Source: an uncultured delta proteobacterium
GTDB taxonomy: Bacteria; Myxococcota_A; Polyangia; Polyangiales; Polyangiaceae
Reading direction: 5' to 3'
Assembly (NCBI GenBank): GCA_963841435.1
Contig: CAWJCS010000006.1
Location: 1,216,001 to 1,280,000, forward strand
Length of the DNA stretch: 64,000 bases
Numbering within the stretch: the stretch's first letter is position 1; every line of letters begins with the position of its first letter. This document shows, piece by piece, positions 28,421 through 40,545 of this stretch. The notes beneath the pieces were generated by a model. The model searched no databases. It was not told the origin of the DNA and worked only from the letters and a program-made list of their open reading frames with translations. A program made the position numbers and the translations under genes.

Positions 28421-28968
28421 GACCGTACCCCCGCTTCGATCTCGATCTCGCGAAGCACGGCGTCGTACCAACGCGCGATCGTCCCTTCGAACGGCCACAT
28501 CCAGCCGTAGGCGCCGCCCGTGAAGCGTTCGACGATGGTCTTGCGAAGCGACGGCGAGCGCGCGCTCTCGAGCCCGCGCAGGTGTGCCGTCGCGCGCAGC
28601 GTCTCGCGATAGGCTTCCCACTCGAGCCGCGCGCGACCGTACGCGAGCCCGATGGGGAAGAACGGGACGAGGTAGACGAATGCCATCAAGGCAAGGCCGT
28701 AGCGTCGGCGCTGGCGGAGGTGGACGCGCTCGTGGTGGAGCACGATCGCGCGGTCGATGTCGGGTGTGTCGTCCCAGGCGAACGGCGTGTAGAGCGTGTA
28801 GCCGAGCACGGTGTGGTAGCGGGTGAGGTACTCGCGCTGTGCCCCGAGCGTGAGGACGCGCAACAACCAATCGATGGCGACCGAGAGTGGGTCGCCACGC
28901 TTGGGCACGAGTCGGAATGCGGGGAATTCCTCCGTGATTTCAGCGATCAAGCCCTCGGCGAGCGCCAC
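28417..28968 (-). CDS. Hypothetical protein with HExxH zincin-like motif
   Basis: LHHERVHLRQ, a hydrophobic segment, then LEWEAY; GTGA-coupled to the Hsp70 gene. Confidence 0.7.
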   Translation of the reverse strand: MALAEGLIAEITEEFPAFRLVPKRGDPLSVAIDWLLRVLTLGAQREYLTRYHTVLGYTLYTPFAWDDTPDIDRAIVLHHERVHLRQRRRYGLALMAFVYLVPFFPIGLAYGRARLEWEAYRETLRATAHLRGLESARSPSLRKTIVERFTGGAYGWMWPFEGTIARWYDAVLREIEIEAGVRS

Positions 28969-29004
28969 GGGCCCGAGGCTAGCACCCTGCGGCCCGAGTT
29001 GGGG

Positions 29005-29940
29005 TCAGATCTGTGGCGCACCGAGCCGCTCGCCGGGGCGGAGCACGCGGCCGTTGACGAGGTCGCGTCCGCTCACCTCGCGCCGTCCCTCGGCTGTGGC
29101 CCTCACGATCTCGATCGAGCCGCTTCCGGTCAACACCCAGGGCGAGCCGCCTTCCACCTGCACGGTACCCGGCGGGCCCGGCCGGTCGGCTTCGCTCGCG
29201 CGAACGGCGCCGAGGCGCAGCGTCTTCGGCCCGATCGTCGTGAACGCACTCGGGCGCGGCGCGAGCGCTCGCACCTGGTTCGTGATGCTCGACGCCGACG
29301 CCGAAAAGTCGACGCGCCCGTGCTCGCGCTCGAGCGGCGGCGCGAGCGTGGCGAGCGACGCGTCTTGCGGTTCGGGGCGGAGCTCGCCCCTGACGGCGCG
29401 AGCGAGGTCACGATCGACGACCGTGGCCGCAAGCTCCCCGAGGCGCACGGCGAGCTCACCCCCGGTTTCGTCGGCGCCAATCGCGATGGTGTGGCGGCTG
29501 AGCACGGCGCCCGTGTCGAGTCCCTCGTCCATCTGCATGAGCGAGATCCCCGTCTCGGTCTCGCCGTGTAAAATGGCCCACTGGATGGGCGCCGCACCCC
29601 GGTAACGCGGCAGGAGCGACGCGTGCAGGTTGAGCGCCCCCGCGGGCGCGACGCCGAGCACGTCGGGCGGCAGGATGCGGCCGTACGCGAGCACGAGCAG
29701 CACGTCCGGATGTCTGGCGTCGAGCCAGGCGCGAAGCGCGCCGTCGCGCACTTTGGGCGGCTGAAACACCTCGAGCCCGCGCTCGGCCGCTTCGAGCTTG
29801 ACGGCCGGAGGGCGCAGCTCGAGTCCCCGGCCTGCAGGCCGATCGGGCTGGGTCACGACTCCCACGACCTCCGCCACTTTCGTGAGAGCGGCGAGGGAGG
29901 GGACGGCGATCGCCGGTGTGCCGAAGAAGATCGCGCGCAT
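29005..29940 (-). CDS. fmt: Methionyl-tRNA formyltransferase
   Basis: FFGTP, VTQPDRPAGRG, AYGRIL, NLHASLLPRYRGAAPIQ, MDEGLDTG. Confidence 0.95.
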   Translation of the reverse strand: MRAIFFGTPAIAVPSLAALTKVAEVVGVVTQPDRPAGRGLELRPPAVKLEAAERGLEVFQPPKVRDGALRAWLDARHPDVLLVLAYGRILPPDVLGVAPAGALNLHASLLPRYRGAAPIQWAILHGETETGISLMQMDEGLDTGAVLSRHTIAIGADETGGELAVRLGELAATVVDRDLARAVRGELRPEPQDASLATLAPPLEREHGRVDFSASASSITNQVRALAPRPSAFTTIGPKTLRLGAVRASEADRPGPPGTVQVEGGSPWVLTGSGSIEIVRATAEGRREVSGRDLVNGRVLRPGERLGAPQI

Positions 29941-30173
29941 GGCCAGGTCGCAGGCGGGCAACGGCAGACTAACAGAGGGCGGGTCAACCCGCCGAAGCCA
30001 CCAAGCGGCTCACCGAGCCCCCGATGCGCCAGCCCGCTCGGGACCCGGCCGCGAGGCTAGGTCGCCCGAGGGCGCGAGCCCTCGGCAAAGCAGCCCCGGG
30101 GGAGCGTGGGAGCAAATCGGAACGGAGGGGGCTGGCTTTGTCGTCGGGGCTGATTACGTTGCGATTCTAGGCC

Positions 30174-32624
<2,451 letters not shown>

Positions 32625-32690
32625 CGCTGCCGACGGAGCGGCGCTCTGCCCGCTGATCTTCTTCGGTTCGTCGAGCTCGGGCTCGCGCGC

Positions 32691-33486
32691 TCAGAACGTC
32701 CGACCAGAGCTTGATGCCGCCGGTCATGCCGTCGACGTTGCCGAACGTTCGGACCACGCTCGGAACCTTGCCCTTGAGGAGCTGCGCGTTGCCGCCGCCC
32801 AGGTGCAAGATGCGCGGATTGAAGATCGGCAGCAGGGTTTCGAGCGCGTCGAGCACGCGCTTGCTCCACTCCTTCTTGCCAAGGCGTTTGAGCTCGGCGT
32901 CGGAGACGCGTTCCTCGTAGGTTTTCCCCTTCTTGAAGGGGTGATGGCCGAGCTCCAGGTTCGGCACGAGGCGGCCGTCGACGAAGAGCGCGGATCCGAG
33001 GCCCGTGCCGAGCGTGAGCACGAGCTCGACGCCGCGGCCTTCCACGACACCGTAGCCCTGTAGGTCCGCGTCGTTGATCACCCGCACGGGGCAACGGCAG
33101 AGCCGTTCGAGGTCGTGCTCCAGCGGGTGATCGCGCCAGATGTCGCCACCGAGGTTCACTGCCGTGCGGACGATGCCGTGATCGACGACGCCCGGAAAGC
33201 CGACCGAGACGCGGTCGAAGCGCGGCATGCCGCCGATCATGCGCCGGATGACATCCAGCACGGCCTGCGGCCTCGCGGGCTTGGGAGTGAGCATGCGCAC
33301 GCGCTCGGTCAGCGGGCGACCGTCCGCGTCGAGCAGGATCATCTTGATGCCCGTGCCGCCGATGTCGATCGAAAGGGTCGTTGCGCGCGACCGTTCGGTG
33401 GCGCCGCGTACGCGCCTGAGCGCGTGGTCGGCCGCCACGCGCTTGCCGCCGCTCCCGAGCCTGACGAGGCTATTCTTGACTTTCAT
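32691..33486 (-). CDS. ppgK: ROK-family (poly)phosphate glucokinase-like sugar kinase
   Basis: DIGGTGIK, GFPGVV, NDAD, TLGTGLGSALF.DG.LVPNLELGH. As assembled it reads through to 32428, into lon; removing one base gives GAC GTC TGA with the stop at 32691. Confidence 0.75.
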
Positions 33487-33628
33487 GGGCGCCGAACGGA
33501 CGCCCATCCTTATCGGAAGAAAGGCCCGATTCTCAAGACAAAAGCGCCGTCTTCCCACGCCCGATGATGGCCCCTCGCTGTCCGGCTCGCCTTGCCCGGC
33601 GGAAGCAGAGGAGAAAGAGTGTCATGAC

Positions 33629-35278
33629 GTGCGCCCGGTCGGCCTTTGCGTGCTCCTCCTGGCGATGCACTCCGATGGCAAGCGCGCGAGCGTGCCGTGG
33701 CCTCCGGGGCGCGTCGTGCAGACGACCGATCAGGCGGCTGCGCCGTCGCCGGAAGCGTCCGCGAACGCCGAGGCCGACGAGGAGCGGGCGTGCCGGAAGC
33801 GCATCGAGGCGTTTCGTCGCACTGCCGCGCCCGTCGAGCTCGAGCCCGCGCCCGTCGAGCGAGCGCGCCTGCTTGCCGAGGTGAAGGCGACGCCCGTCTG
33901 GTTTCCCGAGCCGCTCCGCTTTCGCTCGGACGATCCGGTGCGCCAGGGCCTGCGCCGGGAGCTCGAGCAAAGCGAGGTCCCCGGTCGGGTGGTTGCCCGC
34001 CTGCTCGCGCGCTACCGCCATTTCCCGCGCTTCTTGCGCGACGTGCTCCTCACCGACGGCTACGTCTACGCGACGACGCCCCAACTCGGGACGGCGCTTG
34101 CCGAGGGCTTGAGCCTCGACGACCTGTTTCGAGACGCCGAGATCGTCGTCCAGAGCGGCCGGACTCGCACGCGGGCACGGCTCGGCGAGGACGGACAGTA
34201 CCTGATCGCCGACGGGGCACACGCGGGCGAGCCGGCGCGCATGGTGCTCTTCGACCGCGTCTGGGCCTTGGGCACCGAGCCCGGACCCGCGCGGCACCTC
34301 GAGCTCGAATCGCTGCGCGACGAGCTCGGATTCGACGAGCTTCTGCTCGAGCGCGCGAGCGACGACCAGGTGCTGGCAAAGGCTCGCTACGGCTCGCGTC
34401 TGGTCCCGACGCTGATCGCCCGCCACGGTGCGTCGCTGTCGCTCGGTTGCGAGCTTCCGGGCTCCGGTCGTGGCGACGTGCTTGCGGCTCGGGCGAGGGC
34501 GCTGCGACAGCGTCGCGTGCACGACGCGCTCGTTGGCGTGATCGAAGGCGAGGTCGAAGAAGCGTTGCCCTTCGACGAGCCGCGTACCGAGCTCGGCCAG
34601 CAGGACGGCAAGCTCCGCCAGGAGTGGCGCCAGGCGTACGCCGAGGGGCGCGCTCGGTACGAGTTCAACGGCGATACCTACCGCGTCTTCGACCGCGAGG
34701 GGCGTCCGCGCGTGCCCCAGGTCTGCGTCGATTTCGTCTTCGACACGCTCGAGCGGCTGGGCGGGTCGTGGTATGCGCCGCACGGCTCCACGCGCGAGCG
34801 GCGGCCGGGTCGCGTCAACTTCGACTCGCTCGGCATGGAGAACCGCCGCAACGTCGAGCAGTTTCTCGCGCTCGCCGAGCGCCGCAGCGACCTCTTCGAG
34901 CTCCGCCGCGTTCCACCGGAGGAGCGTGTGCCCCTCGCGAGGCGGGACCGCTTCTTCGCCACGCTGTTCGAGCACCGGGACGAGTACCGGGAGGGTGACG
35001 TCGTCGTGATCCTCGGGCTCCGGGACGACGACAAGCTCCACTACCATTCCTTCTTCGTCGTCGAGAGCGACCCGCTCACGGGCATGCCCACCCTGGTCGC
35101 CGGCAACTCCGGACGCCCGCGCATCCGGGCCTGGGCCGTCGAAATGGCGCCGGCGCCCAAGCGGAGCCCGTTCGCGCGCGTTCGCCCGCGGCTCGAATGG
35201 CTCGAGGAGGTCGGTTTCGGTCGCGTCGGGCAGCCGGGCGGCCACGCGCCAGCCCCGCCCGGCCGCGCGGAGCCTTGA
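33629..35278 (+). CDS. Hypothetical exported protein with C-terminal NlpC/P60 (DUF1287-like) Cys-His domain
   Basis: PQVCVDF...RRNVEQF...YREGDVVVI...HYHSFFV...LVAGNSG; start uncertain. Confidence 0.65.
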   Translation: MRPVGLCVLLLAMHSDGKRASVPWPPGRVVQTTDQAAAPSPEASANAEADEERACRKRIEAFRRTAAPVELEPAPVERARLLAEVKATPVWFPEPLRFRSDDPVRQGLRRELEQSEVPGRVVARLLARYRHFPRFLRDVLLTDGYVYATTPQLGTALAEGLSLDDLFRDAEIVVQSGRTRTRARLGEDGQYLIADGAHAGEPARMVLFDRVWALGTEPGPARHLELESLRDELGFDELLLERASDDQVLAKARYGSRLVPTLIARHGASLSLGCELPGSGRGDVLAARARALRQRRVHDALVGVIEGEVEEALPFDEPRTELGQQDGKLRQEWRQAYAEGRARYEFNGDTYRVFDREGRPRVPQVCVDFVFDTLERLGGSWYAPHGSTRERRPGRVNFDSLGMENRRNVEQFLALAERRSDLFELRRVPPEERVPLARRDRFFATLFEHRDEYREGDVVVILGLRDDDKLHYHSFFVVESDPLTGMPTLVAGNSGRPRIRAWAVEMAPAPKRSPFARVRPRLEWLEEVGFGRVGQPGGHAPAPPGRAEP

Positions 35279-35319
35279 CCCCGGCACGCGAGCCACTACC
35301 TTCCGGGGTCCCCGCGCCC

Positions 35320-36633
35320 ATGAACGGAACCAAGAAATCCAGCGTCCGCGTTGCCCTGCTCGGTTGCGGCACGGTTGGCGGCGGCGTGCTGCGCCTGCTG
35401 CGTGAGAACTCGAGCTTCCTCGCATCACGCATCGGCGCGAGCATCGACGTGACGCACGTGCTCGTGCGCGACATCGACAAGCCGCGCGTGAGCGAGTGCA
35501 AGAGCGAGTGGCTCACGGTCAACCCCGAGATCATCTTCGCGGACCCGAACGTCAACGTCGTCGTCGAGGTGATGGGCGGCGAGGAGCCCGCCAAGCGCTA
35601 CCTTTCGCGCGCGCTCGCGGCAGGGCAGGCGGTCGTGAGCGCGAACAAGCTCCTGATCGCCCACCACGGCCCGGAGCTCGTGGCCGAGGCGATCTCGCGG
35701 CGCGTCAACTTCGCGTTCGAGGCGTCGGTGGGCGGCGGTATCCCCATCATCCGCACGCTGCGCGAGGCGCTCGCGAGCGACTCGGTGTCGAGCGTGCACG
35801 CTATCCTCAACGGCACGTCGAACTACATTCTCACGCGCATGCGCGAGGCGGGGCTCTCCTTCGCCGAGGCGCTCGCCGAGGCCCAGCGCCTCGGCTATGC
35901 CGAGGCCGAGCCCTCGCTCGACGTCGACGGCCACGACGCGGCCCAGAAGCTCATCGTGATGGCGATGCTCGCTTTCGGTGCGAAGGTGAACGCCAAGGAC
36001 ATGCTCGTCGAGGGCATCCGCGAGCTCGATGAGGTCGACTTCCGCTTCGCGGAGCGCTTCGGCTTCACGCTGAAGCACCTCGGCATCGGCCACGATCGCG
36101 GCGAGTTCGTGGAGCTTCGCGTGCACCCGGCGCTCGTGCGCAAGAACAGCGTGCTCGCGAACGTCGACGGAGTTCTCAACGGTATGTTCGTCATGGGGCG
36201 CGCGCTCGGGCCGTGCCTGCTCGTGGGGCGCGGCGCGGGCGACATGCCGACCGCCGTGAGCGTCGTCGCGGATCTCGTTGACGTCGCGAGGGCGCGCATG
36301 GGCGGCGAGCCCGGCCTGATGACGCGCGGCATTCAGCTCAAGGCCCGTCCGCTCCTGCCGCAGGGCAAGGTCGAGACGCGTTACTACCTGCGCTTCGACG
36401 TCGCGGATCACCCGGGCGTCGTCGGCAGCATCGCCTCGGCGCTCGGCGGCGAGAACGTGAGCATCGAGCAAATGGTGCAGGAAGGGCGCGCCGCGGGCGG
36501 TGAGCACGGCGTGCCGGTGTGCCTCATCACGCACGTCACGGAGGAGGGCGCGCTCCTGCGCGCGCTCGGTGAGCTTGCGGAAAAGCCGTTCTTGAGGCGC
36601 GCCCCGCGCCTGATCCGGATCGAGGAGGTGTGA
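35320..36633 (+). CDS. hom: Homoserine dehydrogenase (with ACT domain)
   Basis: GCGTVGGG, SANK, EASVGGGIP, NGTSNYIL, GYAEAEP, D..QK, GRGAG; C-terminal ACT. Confidence 0.95.
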   Translation: MNGTKKSSVRVALLGCGTVGGGVLRLLRENSSFLASRIGASIDVTHVLVRDIDKPRVSECKSEWLTVNPEIIFADPNVNVVVEVMGGEEPAKRYLSRALAAGQAVVSANKLLIAHHGPELVAEAISRRVNFAFEASVGGGIPIIRTLREALASDSVSSVHAILNGTSNYILTRMREAGLSFAEALAEAQRLGYAEAEPSLDVDGHDAAQKLIVMAMLAFGAKVNAKDMLVEGIRELDEVDFRFAERFGFTLKHLGIGHDRGEFVELRVHPALVRKNSVLANVDGVLNGMFVMGRALGPCLLVGRGAGDMPTAVSVVADLVDVARARMGGEPGLMTRGIQLKARPLLPQGKVETRYYLRFDVADHPGVVGSIASALGGENVSIEQMVQEGRAAGGEHGVPVCLITHVTEEGALLRALGELAEKPFLRRAPRLIRIEEV

Positions 36634-37487
36634 CCTCGTCCGCACCCTCGCCGCTCGGGGTATTCGACTCGGGGCTCGGGGGTCTCACGGTGGCGCGGGC
36701 GCTCACCCAGGCGCTGCCGAGCGAGAGCATTCTTTACCTCGGCGACACCGCGCGCGTGCCCTACGGGACGCGCTCGCCCGAGACCGTGTTGCGCTACGCG
36801 CGGAGCTGCGCGAAGGTGCTCACGGCGCGCGGTGTGAAGGCGATGGTCGTCGCGTGCAATACCGTGAGCGCCGTCGCGCTCGAGATGCTGCGCGCCGAGC
36901 TCGATCTGCCCGTGCTCGGCGTCGTCGAGCCGGGTGCGCGTGCCGCCGTGCGAGCGCTCGCGGCGCTGCCCAAGCGCGAGGGCCCGCCGCCGAAGATCGG
37001 CGTGCTCGGCACGGCGGGCACCGTTGCGTCGGGGGCGTACCCGCGTGCGATCGCCCGCGAAAGCACGCGAGTCGAGGTGCTGGCGCTCGCGGCGCCGCTG
37101 CTCGTGCCGCTCGTCGAGGAGGGCTGGCTCGAGGGCGATGTGCCGCGCCTCGCCGTGACGCGCTACGTCGAGCCGTTGATCCGAGGCGGCGCACGCGTGC
37201 TCGTGCTCGGTTGCACGCACTATCCTCTCCTGGCGCCGCTCATTGCCGAGGTGGCCTCCGAGCTCGCGGGCACGGAGATCGTGGTCGTCGACAGCGCGCG
37301 GGCCACGGCGGACGACCTCGTCCGTTATTTCGACGAGGGGCGCATCGACCGCGCGCCGCCTGGTGCCACGAGCCCCCGCCTCGAGATCCTCGTCACCGAC
37401 CGACCGGCGAGCTTTCGCGAGGTGTCGAGCCGGTTCCTCGGGGTGGACTCTCCCGATGTCACGCAGATCGATCTCGGGGAAGCATAA
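36630..37487 (+). CDS. murI: Glutamate racemase
   Basis: FDSGLGG, PYG, ACNT, LGCTHYP. Confidence 0.95.
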   Translation: MTSSAPSPLGVFDSGLGGLTVARALTQALPSESILYLGDTARVPYGTRSPETVLRYARSCAKVLTARGVKAMVVACNTVSAVALEMLRAELDLPVLGVVEPGARAAVRALAALPKREGPPPKIGVLGTAGTVASGAYPRAIARESTRVEVLALAAPLLVPLVEEGWLEGDVPRLAVTRYVEPLIRGGARVLVLGCTHYPLLAPLIAEVASELAGTEIVVVDSARATADDLVRYFDEGRIDRAPPGATSPRLEILVTDRPASFREVSSRFLGVDSPDVTQIDLGEA

Positions 37488-37529
37488 GCGAGTAGAGGGC
37501 GTAGCCTCGCTAGGGTAAAGGTAGCCGGC

Positions 37530-39386
37530 GTGGATTCGGACGCGGAGGTTGCGGCAGCCCGCATCGGTCGGGTGATTGGCGGCAGGTACCGCCTGCTCCG
37601 CGTGCTCGGGATCGGGGGCATGGCCGCCGTCTACGAGGCTCAGGATCCCTCGGGCCAGCGGGTTGCCATCAAGCTCTTGCACCCCGAAATGGCCGCCCGC
37701 CGCGAGGTGCGCGAGCGCTTCGTGCAAGAGGGCACCGTCGCTGCCACCATCGACCATCCGGGCGTCGTGCAGACCCTGCCCCCCGAAGCCGCGGGCGACG
37801 ACGGCTACCTCGTGATGGAGCTTCTCGAAGGAGAGACGCTCCGCGCCCGCGTTCAGCGCCACGGTTGCCTGCCGCTCGACGAGGTGCTCGACCATGCCGA
37901 GCAGATCCTCGGCGTGCTCGTCGCCGCCCACGACAAGGGCGTCGTGCACCGCGACCTCAAGCCCGACAATCTGTTCGTGACGCCCGACGGGCGTGTGAAG
38001 ATCCTCGACTTCGGTCTGGCGCGCGTGCTCGACGGCGTGCCCGGGGAGCGCCGGACGCGCACGGGCGTCGCCCTCGGCACGCTCGCGTACATGGCGCCCG
38101 AGCAAGCACTCGGCCGCCGCGCCGAGATCGACGGCCGAGTGGACGTGTTCGCGCTCGGAGCGACGATGTTCCGCGTGCTCTCGGGTCGGCGCGTGCACGA
38201 GGCGGAGAGCGAGGCCGAGCTGCTCATGGCGATGGCGTCTCGCCCGGCCCCGCCCCTCGCGTCCGTGGCGCCCGACACGCGGCCCGGCGCGTGCGCGGTG
38301 GTCAACCTCGCGCTCGCGTTTTCTCGTGAAGCGCGCTACCCGGACAGCCGCACCATGCTCGGCGACGTGCGGGCGCTCCGCGCGGGTGCGGAGCCGCCAT
38401 TCGCCACGAGCCGCCTCGCGTCGCGCGACGAGGCAACACGAGCCGATGGTCCGGCTCCCTCGGGGCGCACGCAGCCGCTCGGCGCGCGCGAGCCGGCGCC
38501 GTCCCAGCGCGGCGGTACCGTGCCGCTCGCCGCCTACGGGGGCGCGGGTGCGCAGGCGCCGCCACCGGGCGGTGCTGCGCCGCAAACGGTTCTCGCAGCC
38601 GGCATGGGCGCGGGCCCGGCGGGCGCCGCCGACACGGCGCCGATGTCCGCTCGGGCGGCTGGTAGGGGTCGCACCGAGCCGCTCGTGCAACATCCGCCCG
38701 CGGTGGCGCCCGGACCCGGCCTTTCGCCTTCGGGTGCGCCCCCCGCCGGGCCCGCCAGCGCGCCCCCCGTGGCCGGCCCCGGCGTACCGCTTGCAGCGAC
38801 CTCCGGTCCACCGCCCGCCGTGGTCGCGGGTGCGCCCCCCGCCGTGATGACACGTGCGCCCACGGCACGCCGGCGTGCACTCTTGCCGATCATCGCGGTG
38901 GGTGGGGTCTCGCTCGCGCTGGGTATCGGGATCACGGTGTGGGCTATGGTGGATGCGGGAAGCTCGGGCAACGCTTCGGACGCTGGCGCCGCAGACGGCG
39001 CGGGCAAGGCGCGTGCGGCAAGCGTCGCGCTGGCGCCCAGCGCGTCGAACGTGCCCGCGCCGCCGATCCTCGCCGACACGAGCGCGCAGTCGCGCGGCGC
39101 CACCGCGGAGCGCCCGGCGCCGACGCCCGCCGCGGCTGCGCCGGCGGTGCCGCCCGTGCCGGCCGGCAGCGTCGCGCCCCCCGCGCCCGCGAGCGCGCGC
39201 GAGGGGCTGGTCGCCGCTCCGGGTGCCGAGCCGTCCACGCCATCGTCGGCGCCCGCCCCGAGCCCCGCCGCGGTCGCGGCGCCGGGCACCGCTGCAACGG
39301 CGCCGGCCTCCGCCGCGACGACGCCGCCCGCGAAGCACTTCGGTCGCGGACGCGGTCGGCTCGGTCGCCCGGCGCCGACTCAGTGA
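37530..39386 (+). CDS. Membrane Ser/Thr protein kinase (Hanks type)
   Basis: LGIGGMAAVY, AIK, HRDLKPDN, DFG, YMAPEQ; Pro-rich linker, TM, Pro/Ala tail. Confidence 0.93.
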   Translation: MDSDAEVAAARIGRVIGGRYRLLRVLGIGGMAAVYEAQDPSGQRVAIKLLHPEMAARREVRERFVQEGTVAATIDHPGVVQTLPPEAAGDDGYLVMELLEGETLRARVQRHGCLPLDEVLDHAEQILGVLVAAHDKGVVHRDLKPDNLFVTPDGRVKILDFGLARVLDGVPGERRTRTGVALGTLAYMAPEQALGRRAEIDGRVDVFALGATMFRVLSGRRVHEAESEAELLMAMASRPAPPLASVAPDTRPGACAVVNLALAFSREARYPDSRTMLGDVRALRAGAEPPFATSRLASRDEATRADGPAPSGRTQPLGAREPAPSQRGGTVPLAAYGGAGAQAPPPGGAAPQTVLAAGMGAGPAGAADTAPMSARAAGRGRTEPLVQHPPAVAPGPGLSPSGAPPAGPASAPPVAGPGVPLAATSGPPPAVVAGAPPAVMTRAPTARRRALLPIIAVGGVSLALGIGITVWAMVDAGSSGNASDAGAADGAGKARAASVALAPSASNVPAPPILADTSAQSRGATAERPAPTPAAAAPAVPPVPAGSVAPPAPASAREGLVAAPGAEPSTPSSAPAPSPAAVAAPGTAATAPASAATTPPAKHFGRGRGRLGRPAPTQ

Positions 39387-39405
39387 GCGGCGGCGCCGGG
39401 ACTCC

Positions 39406-40335
39406 TCATGCCGTCGCGACGCAGGCGAGCAGCACGGCCATGCGCACGGCGACACCCGCCTCGACCTGGTCGAGGATCGCGCTTTCCGCGCCGTCGGCGA
39501 CGTCGTCGGCGACCTCGACGCCGCGATTGAGCGGACCCGGGTGCATCACGATGGCCGACGGGTTCGCGAGGCCGAGGCGCTCGCGACTCAATCCGAACAC
39601 GCGCGAGTACTCGCGCAGCGACGGGATGAGGGCGGCGCCGAGCCGCTCGCGCTGGATGCGGAGCATCATCACGACGTCGGCACCCTCGAGCGCGGGCTCG
39701 AGGCGATCGAAGCACTTGGCGCCGAGCCCCGCCGGATCGTGCGGCAGGAGCGTGCGCGGCCCGGCGAGGCGCACCTCGGCGCCGAGCAGCCGCAAAAGGA
39801 GCGTGTTGGAGCGTGCCACGCGGCTGTGCAGCACGTCGCCGCAGATGGCGACGACGACGCCGTCGAGGTCTCGCCCGAGGCGGCGCCGGATCGTGAGCGC
39901 GTCCAGCAGGGCCTGCGTCGGGTGCTCGTGCATGCCGTCTCCGGCGTTGATCACGGGCGCGCGGGAGCGGCTCGCGACGTAGGCGGGCGCTCCGGAGGCC
40001 GGATGGCGGATGACGATGGCATCGGCATGCATCGCGTCGACCGTCGCGACGGTATCTCGCAACGTCTCGCCCTTGCTGGTGCTCGACGAGGACCCCCCGA
40101 TGTTCAAGACGTCCGCGCTCAGTCGCTTGCCCGCGAGCTCGAAGCTCGCGCGCGTCCTCGTCGATGCTTCGAAGAAGAGATTGACGACGGTCTTGCCGGC
40201 GAGCGCCTGCCCCTTGCGGGTCGGGAGGCGGCCGAGCGCGTGAAACTCGTCCGCCTTGTCGAGCAGCATTAGCGCCGTCTCACGAGTGAGGCCCTCGATG
40301 CCGAGTAGGTGGCGGAGTCGTGGCAGCGCGGTCAC
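39406..40335 (-). CDS. pyrB: Aspartate carbamoyltransferase catalytic subunit
   Basis: [47 protein letters not shown]. Confidence 0.95.
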   Translation of the reverse strand: MTALPRLRHLLGIEGLTRETALMLLDKADEFHALGRLPTRKGQALAGKTVVNLFFEASTRTRASFELAGKRLSADVLNIGGSSSSTSKGETLRDTVATVDAMHADAIVIRHPASGAPAYVASRSRAPVINAGDGMHEHPTQALLDALTIRRRLGRDLDGVVVAICGDVLHSRVARSNTLLLRLLGAEVRLAGPRTLLPHDPAGLGAKCFDRLEPALEGADVVMMLRIQRERLGAALIPSLREYSRVFGLSRERLGLANPSAIVMHPGPLNRGVEVADDVADGAESAILDQVEAGVAVRMAVLLACVATA

Positions 40336-40467
40336 GAGCGGCCCGGTCCTAGCACTTTGCCGAGCGCGATTCTGCCCCCTCGCATTCCGTCGCGGCCGCA
40401 AGGCTCCCGACGGCCGCGCAGCGTCCCGTGGGCGGACGCCCCGGGCCTGCGGGGCCGGGACCCCTCG

Positions 40468-40510
40468 TGTCAATAAGATAGAATAGGAGTCATTATATTG
40501 TCAGCTTACG
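40468..40510 (-). promoter_or_regulatory. AT-rich putative promoter/operator upstream of pyrB
   Basis: Minus strand reads TGACAATATAATGACTCCTATTCTATCTTATTGACA, with a perfect TATAAT at 40492-40497 and CAATA/TATTG inverted ends. Confidence 0.45.
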
Positions 40511-40545
40511 TCGCGGCGTGCGGCACGGCCGGCGGAGGCGCGCCA

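Noticed and set aside
36408-39455. 1015-aa minus-strand ORF and other long antisense or alternate-frame ORFs (e.g. 22790..24901, 45304..47334, 33533..35428)
   Set aside because: Shadow ORFs opposite well-supported genes; stop codons are scarce at this GC content and the products are Arg/Ala/Pro-rich without motifs.
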